Of a stretch of 64,000 nt of DNA, positions 53,739 through 64,000 are shown one piece after another. Position numbers and translations under genes: made by a program. This DNA is from Octopus vulgaris (taxonomy: Eukaryota). The notes below the pieces were generated by a model. The model was not told the DNA's origin. It saw nothing but the letters and a program-made list of their open reading frames with translations, and did no database searches. The DNA is taken from assembly GCA_951406725.2 (NCBI GenBank), contig OX597832.1, forward strand, positions 36,084,001-36,148,000, written 5' to 3'. The first letter of the stretch is position 1, and each line of letters starts with the position of its first letter.

Positions 53739-54207
53739 GTAGTGAGATATATAGATAGATGGATAGATAGATACATAGATAGACAGATAATTATATACAG
53801 ATATAGATATATGCATATTTAAATGTATGTATGCATGTTAGTCTATGTATACTATATATATGTATGTGTGAGTATTAGTTTGTGTATATATATATATGTA
53901 TATATATGTATATACGTAAGTTTGTATGAAAGTATGTATGTGTGTATGTTGTTTTCTCCCTGTATTACACAATCTTTCAACATTAACTCAAACCACATCA
54001 GACATACACACACACAAATAGACATACACACATATATTTATCTTTATACACATACACACACAGACAAATATATACAAACACAGACAGACACACACACACA
54101 TATATGCATATATACATCATATGCATACACACACATGGTATATTCTTTCATCTACATGCACAGGGCACATACAGCACACATGTTTTGATCTACACACACA
54201 CACACAG

Positions 54208-54244
<37 letters not shown>

Positions 54245-54909
54245 CACACACACACACATGCACACACACACACACGCACATGCACATGCATATATGAACT
54301 AATTTCCTAACAGTTTTATATAGCAGAATGTGAAGATTTAATTTTTCCCATAATGTGGCTTAAAGTAGAAAAAATCACTGAGATAATAAAATATGAGATC
54401 AAATAAAAATCTTGTTTGTCTCCTTGCCTCTTCGTTCCTCTTCAGCATCACATTCCACTGAGTTTTGATAAATTAGTTGATTTTTTTTTTAAACTACCAA
54501 TACAACAGTCAGATCTCTATCTAGGTTATAGATTAGAATTTTGCCAACAAAATACAAGTTGCTTTATGATATTTATATACATTAATGTGGGTCTTTGTAT
54601 ATTAATATTCATATAGATACATAAGATATATATATATATATATATAAACACACACACACACATATCTATGAATGCATGTGTGTATGTATGGCTGTATGTG
54701 TGTGCTTATTGAGGTTGTGCATATATATTATGTATTTGTACTTATTTGTATAGATGTATTTGCATAGGCATGTATATATGTATATATACTAAAATGTGTG
54801 TCTGTATATACATGTGTGTGTGTATACATGTGTGTGTGTGTGTGTGTGTGTATACATGTGTGTGAGTGTGTGTGTGTGTGTGTGTTTGTTTGTGTGTATA
54901 TATATAACT

Positions 54910-55169
54910 ATGTTAAGGCATGGCAAACATCTCAAGTTATATACATTATTATTATTATTGGAAAAATTCAAAGTCTTACTGTTGCTTCTGGGATATCCCA
55001 GAATATGGGATATTCTGTCATCGGAACCCTTCTCATTTTCCCTATTTGTCTTCAATGAAGGAATATCTCATACTCTGCAATATCTCCGAAACAGCTGTAA
55101 GACTTTGAATTTTTTTCCAATAATAATAATAATGTATTATGACTTGAGATGTTTGCCTTGCCTGAACGT
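54910..55169. mobile_element. inverted pair of Penelope-like termini with hammerhead relics
   Basis: Arms of ~115 bp are reverse complements. The right arm has GTCT-TCAATGA-A-GGA..TCC-GAAAC-AGCT-GTA-AGAC (55048-55103). Confidence 0.7.
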
Positions 55170-55343
55170 TCAATGTCCTCTTTAACAATTATATATCCAC
55201 TATTTCAGAAATCTGCAATGGCTCCATAACTATCATCTTGGCTATAAACTTGGAGCCCTAGTAATCAATTGCAACACTTACCTTGCATACCTAACCATTT
55301 AGATCACCTCTGAACTAAACCCCTATATTTTGTGTGTGTGTAT

Positions 55344-55374
<31 letters not shown>

Positions 55375-55727
55375 GACGCAGGAGTAGCTGTGTGGTAAGT
55401 AGCTTGCTAACCAACCACATGGTTCCGGGTTCAGTCCCACTGCGTGGCACCTTGGGCAAGTGTCTTCTACTATAGCCTTGGGCTGACCAAAGCCTTGTGA
55501 GTGGATTTGGTAGACGGAAACTGAAAGAAGCCCGTCGTATATATATATATATATGCGTGTGTGTGTCTGTGTTTATGTCCTCGTTACTTTGTAGTTCGGC
55601 AAAAGAGACCAATAAAATAAGTACTGGGCTTACAAAAGTCCCGGGGTCGAGTTGCTCGATTAAAGGCAGTGCTCCAGCATGGCCGCAGTCAAATGACTGA
55701 AACAAGTAAAAGAGTAAAAGAGAAAGA
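55375..55727 (+). mobile_element. SINE family A, near full length
   Basis: Head TAGCTGTGTGG (A-box-like) and GGGTTCAGTCC (B-box-like), GGCACCTTGGGCAAGTGTC core, internal (TA)/(TG), tail ATGACTGAAACAAGTAAAAGAG. Confidence 0.92.
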
Positions 55728-56822
55728 GTATATATATATATACATATATATATTTAGCTGGAGACACTAACGTTTTAAAACTTGCATAAATAGTATCTTC
55801 AATGTACGAAACTTAGTAGCTCATAACTATATAATGTGTACATTAAACAACATAAGTATATGTACATACATACATACATACACCAATGTGCATGTATGTA
55901 TATGTGTATTTAGGCAAATATGCATAAATACATATGTATAGTGGGGAGATTTATGTGTGTGAAATATTATGTGTGCATGCATGTGTACATGTATTTGATC
56001 AGTTCTTTAGCTTTGATATAAAATTTATCTCTCATATCTGCTACACTGTGATATCTCCATTCTATCAAGAGTACAAAGCTAACTTCTGTGGTGCAGCACT
56101 TTTTTAGCAGCGTAACAATATAATGATATACATGAGAGTGCTTGTGTAAATACACATATGTGTATGAGCATGCATGACTGTGTATGTATATGTATGTGTA
56201 TAATTATATATGCATATATGTATATTTAAATGCAAGTATATATATATATGAGTGCATATCTATATATTTATTTATATATGTATATTATATATGTGTGTGG
56301 GAGGAGGGGTTTATGCACATATATACATACACATGTATGTATATATACCTCTGTATCTATTATTGTTTGTACATATGCATGTTTATTAAATGCATATCAT
56401 AATTGTTTTAACATCTATTTTCCATGCACACTTGAATGAGACTACATTGAGGCAGCATTTTCTACAGTTGGATGCCCTTCCTAGAGTCAATCCTAAACTG
56501 TGTCTAGTCTCTCATGCAATGACCAGCCTAGACATAGCTGCCCAACGAACTAGAGATGAGCCAACACTTTTTCAGTATGCCTTTTCTTTACAAAGGTCAC
56601 ACAACACATCAAGATATGTCAAGAAGCTCAGACATACTCTCATAGCAGACAGGAAGCAAGCCAGCAACATAGAGCCTGTATGAACTCTAATGCTTCTGTT
56701 TATTAACAGCAAACACATTTGAAGACGAGGAGAAGTTATCAACTCTCTTACACAGACACACTCTCATACACATTCACACATGCACATACACACACGCATG
56801 CACACATACATGTGCACACACA

Positions 56823-56967
56823 TCTTTTATCTTTTACTTGTTTCGGTCATTAGACTGCGGTCATGCTGGGGCACTGCCTTGAAGGGTTTTAGTTGAATGA
56901 ATCGACCGCAGTATTTAATTTTTCTTAAGCCTGGTGTTTATTTCATGCCCATACATGTGTGTGTCTG

Positions 56968-57007
<40 letters not shown>

Positions 57008-57192
57008 TATGTATATATATATATATATATATATACGATGGGCTTCTTTCAGTTTCAGTTTACCAATTCCACTCACAAGGCTTTGGCGGCCCAAAGCTAT
57101 AGTAGAAAACACTTGCCCAAGGTGCCATGCAGTGAGACTGAACCCAGAGCTATGTGGTTGGTAAGCTAGCTACTTACCATACAGCCACTCCT
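56823..57192 (-). mobile_element. SINE family A, near full length
   Basis: Reverse complement of the 55375 copy, with head and tail both present. Confidence 0.9.
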
Positions 57193-57239
57193 TGACATGT
57201 TTATGTTTCAGGTTCTCTATATAACTGTTTAATCTTTCC

Positions 57240-58218
57240 ATGTACAAAGGAAGCCTTGGAACTGTCAAAATTTCAAAGAGGCCATATTGTGAGTCAATCT
57301 GAAGGTGGACATAGTGTAAAATTGCAGAAAACCTTGGAATCCTGCTTTCTACAATTTATAGAGTAATTGGGCAATTCACCAGAGCAGGGAAGGAGTCCAC
57401 ATCACCTCACCCAGGTTGGCCAGAGCTCTGTGACAGGACCCTTCTCTTTGTTAAGAGAAGTGTGGAGGATAATCCTCATTGCAAGGCTTCTGACATAGCT
57501 GAAAAAGTTGGTATCAGTCCCAGAATGGCTGTCAGGTATCTCCACACACTTGGTTATTATTGCAGAGCAGCAAAAAGGAAGCCACTTCTTTGACCGGCCA
57601 ATATCAAGCTGAGAAAAGTTTGGGCCAGTGAGATGGTGGAGAGGCCACTAGCATTTTGGGACACTGTCATATTCTCCAATGAATCCAGATTTGCTGTATT
57701 TTCTGACAGTGGTTGAGTGTGGGTCTGGAGAGTCTGTGATCAAGAATTTGTCATGAAAAGATTGCAGCCAACAATGAAACATGGCAGTTATTCTGTGATG
57801 GTCTGGGGAGAAATTTGGAGCTGGTGGAGTGTGAGAGAAACATGAACTCAGGTAAATGTATGTCCATAATGCAGAAAGAGCTCCTTCCAATCTTCTCCAG
57901 TGGTGAAATGATTAAAGAAGACTCTTTATTTATGGAAGATGGGACTCCTTGTCACATGGCTAAAATGAGAAGGGCATTAAAAAGCTTCCATAGCTAAGCC
58001 AGTCACCGGATATGAACCCTACTGAACACCTCTGGGGCATAATGGATAGGACACTTGATAAAAAGAACAAGAAAGCATCTTCAAAGCCAGATCTTTTGAG
58101 ATTACTGCATGAAACTTGGCAAGAACTACCTCAACAGAATATTCGTCATCTCATCATTAACATGCCTAATAGGGTTCTCGCATTCAAAAATGCAAGAGGT
58201 GTGTCTACTAGATGTTAA
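57240..58218 (+). mobile_element. Tc1-family transposase pseudogene
   Basis: ELSKFQRGHIV..KIAENLGI..STIYR; AAKRKPLL; WDTVIFSNESRF; [11 protein letters not shown]; FMEDGTPCH; QSPDMNPTEHLW. Several stops and frameshifts. Confidence 0.93.
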
Positions 58219-58464
58219 ATATTCACTTTATAGCAATTAACAAATAATTTGAATGTATAATTTTAGATTTGAATAAATTTTAATCTCTATTTACTTCTGT
58301 CGTGTCTGTGTGTATATACATGCATACATACATACATATATATATGTATGCATGTGTTTGTCAAATTAATACACCTGCTTGTGGTTTATACACCTGTCCT
58401 CATATTTCGACTGTATATATATATGTATATGTACGTGTGGATGCATACATACACACATACATAT

Positions 58465-58544
<80 letters not shown>

Positions 58545-58884
58545 GTGTGTATATGCACATAACTATGATAGTAGAAATGCAATTCCTTATTTTCCTACAG
58601 CCACACACACGTGTGCAAATTTAGCAATCAATAAACAAATGAATGCAATCATTTGGAACTCCGCATTGGATGTTCCAAGAGCCTTTGGATGCTTAACTAC
58701 GAAGAATCATCAGGGAACGCTTTGTTGCATTGTTACAAAGAAACAACGTCTGGAGATGGGCAGATGGTGAGGCGTTGGTATGAGTATTCTGAGAAGGAAA
58801 GGGGAAAGAAAACTGTTGGCAGAGGAAATTAGAGGGACAAAGAAACAAGAGGACGTGAGAGAGAAACAGGAGATAAGAAAAAAA

Positions 58885-58992
<108 letters not shown>

Positions 58993-61289
58993 CAGAAAGG
59001 CAGACAGGCAGACAGCAGAAAGAGTTACATACGATGTGCTAAGGTGTGTCAATTCTGCCTTTTTTTTTTTTTAATGGAAATGTCCTCATTTATTTCACAG
59101 CTATAATTTCTATGAAATTTTCTCTTCCCACTCAAACTTTAAACAAATTAAATCAATCTTAAATAAAACAAAACAAGCAGAAGTTTTGCTGTTCACTTGA
59201 AATAAATGGTTCCTTAGAAAGAGAAAAAGCACTTACATATCTGACTTAGATTGGTGGAGGTGGGTGCATGTTAAGGGTGCAGTGAATCTATAAATGAAAT
59301 ATGGTGTAAGTAATTAAGGTTTCATGAGTAGAAATCCAAATAAAAGTTTGTCTGGGAAGATTAATCTTCTTGACTGACATGTTTACACAATGTTAACTTC
59401 AAAAAATCATTGTTATTTCAGTTTAAAGAATAATTACTCTGCTAATCAAAGACCAATAACAGAAGATAAATAGACATTCAATTAATTCTTAGAATTTATT
59501 CAACTCTCAAACATGGCAACATGTGATAATTTATGGTATAGGGTATACATGTGGCAGAAGTTGCTGTTTCGATCATGGTCAGTTCAGGATTGAAACAATC
59601 TATGATGAAATGCATTCCTGGAATGGCCATCCTCTCAGACACTGCACATCATCAAAGACATTATCTTTTGTCAGTTGTTTTTGTTTTTGTTTAAGATAAA
59701 GAGGTATAATTTGAGGGCGACTTAGCTGCTATTCTTAGCACATCAAACAATTCTATAAGGAATTCCATCATTGGCTCAAAGTTGTCATGGAGTATTCATT
59801 TATTGTTGGCCTCATGAGATAATGGAGTATACTCGCTAGTAACAAACTACTATGGAGTATCCACTAATTGTTGACCACCTAAGATTATGAGTATCCTCTA
59901 TGTGTTGATCACCATTGTTATATTTAACTGCAATTCCAAAGACAGAAACTTTACCAAAATATCCTTCAACAATGCTTGTATGATTTAAACAATTATAAAA
60001 CAATATGAAGAACTGAACAAAATTAATGAATTGCTTGTCTCTTTAAAAATACATTCCATTCAGTAAGCATGCTCCTGGCTGTAACTGGAATTAAGAATTC
60101 CAGTCAAATTTAATTACATGCTTGAATCAAGATCAGACTAATTTAAAAGAAACCTCTGTGGAATGAAAATTAATTTCTCCGTCTGTTCCAGAGAAATGTG
60201 GCACTGCTTAATTTATAAGTTATCCAGAACCAGTTGAGATGGCACAGACAGTAGAGAACCAACATAGATATAGTATAGAATTTAGCTTAGTTCTAACTCC
60301 AATGACCCAAAGAGTGATGTTACATTTTGTCTTTCATGATTCAATGAAATGAACAGATGTTGTTTTTCACCCCAGGTTAATTCTGAATGAAGTGGGGTGG
60401 AGGATAAAAAAACTAACTTAGTTTTCCAAAATTACCAAAATAAAAATGTAAATTCTTAAATAGGTAAACCATGCATTCATTTTAGTGTTTAGAGTCTTTC
60501 CACTTCTGGAGGATGTGTGACAATTACCAAATGGCAGCTGAGACCAGCTCCATTTGAGAAGGGGATATATATATATGTACGTAAGTATCAAACAATGAGA
60601 GTGAGTGCTCAGCACTGCGTTAGTGGATAAAGATTCTTTATTTGTGAAATAAGGCTATCATTGGTTTCATGTTAAGGAAGCCCTAGATAATGGTTAAGGG
60701 AAGGCTACCTTAGCATGAAACAATATATATACAAAACTGTGAAAATATTATTTTCATGTTAGTTTAAAAATAACAGCAGAACATTTACTTAGATGAGGAC
60801 TCAATACTGAGAGTAGAGTCAAATTTATTGTAAAGTTCACATTGATTAGGACTTCAAGTTTCCTTAAGCAGGTTATTCAACCAGTTTCAATGATGAGAAT
60901 TCGATAGTTTGATCAACTGAATTCCTTGTTCATTGAATAACCATATAAGTTGCAAATAATTCTACAAACAAGTCTGCCCTTGACATACATAAATAGAATC
61001 AGTGTGACACAGTGTGTAACAAAACAGTGCCTTTTTATTGCTGGTACAATTCGATAGCCATGATACACTTTCTATCTGGCTATTTTCACCCACAAAGGTA
61101 TAACCCAAGATGTTGGTCAATGGGATTGAACCCAGGACCTTGGGAATACAAAATGAACCTTTAACACACATACGTATTATATATGACATTTTATATAATA
61201 GTTCTTCTTCTTCTGTATAAAAATGGATACCAAGACTCCTCTGCTTCAGTGAGGTCAAATACAACAATAGATAGCACCTAGTCTTGGTA

Positions 61290-63219
61290 CCAATTTCAAT
61301 TCTGTTGGTAGGTAGTGGCACAGAAAGTTTGGTGTGTTTGCTTCAGACACAACATGATTCATTTCCCAGCCTCGTATACCATCCACGTGATACCCTTGCA
61401 ATAAAAGTAAGAACGTTAAAACGAAAGGCAATTCTTCTGTTTGTCATAAACTGTGATTACACAGAATGAATTTAGGAAATCATTCCAACCGTAATTACTG
61501 ATGACTTTTTAGACTTTTCTTAACGACAAAACAAGTAAACTTCAAAATATATTCATTAGACTTCATTTGTTATACAGAAACACTTTGAAGAAATGTTTTT
61601 ATTCATAGAAAGCTGTCTGTTGAATTTCCATGGCTACTTTTGTCTATTTTCAGTATCTCTTTAACCTTGGAATTACCATTATTCTTTGGTGTGTGTGACA
61701 AAAGATAAAATCAGCTAATATGTAGCGTTTGTGGTGAAAGCTACAATATAACAGTCGTTAGTTATGACTACGAACAGGCAAATAGCTTCAACGGCAATGG
61801 AAAGTTTTATTTATATGCGACTATTTAGTAGAATAGTCAAATTCTCCAAGACTATATTTAACAGAAAATAACACTTCCATTGAAAGGAAATGGCAGGAGA
61901 AAATTTACAAATGTTTTCTGTCTGTCTGAAGAGAGTTACTTTAAATTAGTGTAGTTTGCACATAAATCATTCAATACGACCACAACCAATTCTTATTTTG
62001 TTCACACAGTAAATACTTTCAGAGAATATATACCCTATTAGTATATCACAAAACAGATTGTTGATGTACAAAGCAGCAATTGTATATAATACAGCCGTTT
62101 TACTAAAGCTGAGGGTTAGATAGAGCATAATTAGATAGTTACTTAAATATTATCAAACTTTTAACATTCCCTCCTCGGTACAAGAATTCATGAAGCAGGC
62201 ACTTAACTCTCGATTCAAAAGTATTCAATGAATAAGAGAAAAGATCTTTTCCCCATTCTTGATAGGACATCACCGTGCAGTAGATAAAAATGTTGGATCT
62301 GCTAAATAATTCTTCACAGCTAGAAAAAGTGGAATATGAGGAATTGTAAGTAATGGCATGATTGTGTAATGAATGTGATACCATGTGATATCTTTGCATC
62401 ACATGGTATCATATTTGATACAATTGGGTCGCACTTTGAGTTGACCCTGCAAGCTAAATTTGGTAGATGAAATCAATGTGGTTCTACTGTGTGTTGTGTC
62501 CACCTCCACCTTTGAAAGATTCAAATTTGCACATGGCACTACGACCCATTTCCTCTCAATTTCTAAGCACAAGGACAACAGATCATACAATAAGTACAAC
62601 AAGATTATTAGTGACTTAATTGATGAATTTGAATGCCGTTTTGGTAACATCAAGGATTTTTTTCCCTTGATGAAAATATTTTCAGCACCTATGGAGATAG
62701 ATCTGGACACTGTTCCTGACATATTTCATATAGAGCTCCTGGAACATCTAACAACCATTCTCATCCCACCTCTTATTGCAGCTTCTCTTGGAAATAAAAA
62801 TTGACATCTGCAATTAAGGGTAATCTACTACTTGACTTTTGGAGTCAAATCCCAGAAAGGAAATGTCCTTAGTTACAGAAAGATTCCCCTATATTTGATT
62901 CAACATATTTGTGTGAAGCACTTTTAAGCAAACTGAGGATATCAAAACAAAATATTATGACCGATTGACTATCATGCCAACCATTCTCTCGTATACTGCA
63001 TCTTTCACCATGAGCCCTTGTTTTGACAAACTAGTTGAAAGTCAAAAGTAAAACAGTATCTCATTAAATTCCATTTTTCTATTTTTTTGTTACAGTCTTT
63101 CCTCTCTTAATATAATTTTTTCTTTAATTGACTTATATTTTACTTATTTTGGTGCAACCCACTAAAAAAAGTCCAGGCTTTGGATCTGGCCCCGATATTA
63201 AAAAGGTTGAGAAGCACTG
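61290..63219 (+). mobile_element. hAT Buster/Charlie-type transposon, degenerate, with 3' TIR
   Basis: LIDEFECRFGNI..IFSAPMEID...P...IEL and IFDSTYLCEALLS (hATC dimerisation FGSTY.CE). TIR GGTTGAGAAGCACTG ends at 63219. The left boundary is uncertain. Confidence 0.8.
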
Positions 63220-63661
63220 GTCTCGTCTTTTTCAGTTCCACAAAAAATGCAATGCCCACCACATATCAAGAAAATCCTTTCCTACCAATTGGAAACTAAA
63301 TCCATAAAAATCATTTTATCTCATGATCTTTCATTATAACTTCATATAAAGAAAACATTGTGAAACTACATCCAGAGAAGCAATTAATCAGATTTCCAAA
63401 ACCTTCCTACAAAACAACTTATTGTTTATTGGTCAGTTATTAGTTTACAGAAGTAAACTAAGCATTACCCATGTCAACTGCATCGGTCTGGGAGGGTTTT
63501 TACAAACCATAGGCACTGCCCTTTCTCCTTCCTTATCTTATTGCATATCTCATCAATGCAATATTGAAGTGAATATATCCCTGGTTGATGCCCTCTCTAT
63601 TATAATCCATCTATACATTATAAACATATATAAATAATTATACATACTATAATTTGACAGT

Positions 63662-63920
63662 GGAGGCACATGGCCTAGTGGTTAGAGCAGTGGACTCACG
63701 GTCGAGGGATTGTGGGTTCGAATCTCAGACCGGACGATGTGTGTGTTTATGAGAGAAACACCTAAGCTCCATGTGGCTCTGGCAGAAGGTAATGGCAAAT
63801 TCTTTCACCACTCTTTCCTCCTGCATCTTGCAGCTCACCTGTGACAGACCGGCGTCCCTATATGCCAAGGAAACTGGGAAACCAGCCCTTATGAGCCAGG
63901 CATGGCTCAGGAAGGAATAA
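63662..63920 (+). mobile_element. tRNA-derived SINE (family D)
   Basis: A-box TGGCCTAGTGG and B-box GGGTTCGAATCTC, followed by a non-tRNA body and tail (GGAAACTGGGAAACCAGCCCTTATGAGCCAGGCATGGCTC). Confidence 0.85.
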
Positions 63921-64000
63921 CTATAATTTGATAAGGTATGTAAATTATTTATAACGAGACACAGACTAAAAAACTTACAAATAAACTTTTAACAGGATAA

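Noticed and set aside
58601-58766. Possible + strand exon (TTTTCCTACAG acceptor, GTGAGG donor)
   Set aside because: The open frame has no recognisable protein similarity and no partner exons were found.
59787-59915. Four ATGGAGTAT-led units at 30-35 bp spacing
   Set aside because: This is an ordinary decayed minisatellite; the units resemble each other throughout, so it is not repeat-spacer.
63662-63735. tRNA gene (also at 29740-29810)
   Set aside because: A and B boxes are present, but there is no convincing cloverleaf or terminator, and both run into SINE bodies.

Overview
AT-rich, microsatellite-dense eukaryotic DNA. The SINE and LINE repertoire is typical of a coleoid cephalopod, most likely Octopus (inference). 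I found no intact protein-coding gene; nearly all ORFs in the track are microsatellite translations. The window holds many decayed transposons: two Helitron fragments, two mariner 5' fragments, a Tc1 copy, several hAT copies and MITEs, a Ginger-like foldback MITE, a CryptonV/HINE-like element, non-LTR fragments of the CRE, Tx1/L1, RTE and R4/Dong clades, and more than ten tRNA-derived SINE copies. The most unusual signal is a set of hammerhead-ribozyme (HHR) motifs of the Penelope-like/retrozyme type. One HHR with an intact core sits at the apex of a ~270-bp foldback (26253-26525). A tRNA-headed SINE family appears to carry an HHR tail (29550-29896). There is an inverted pair of HHR-bearing termini (54910-55169) and several more relics. 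CpG content also falls in the right third, suggesting a germline methylation boundary. All protein assignments come from manual translation and recalled motifs, not database searches.
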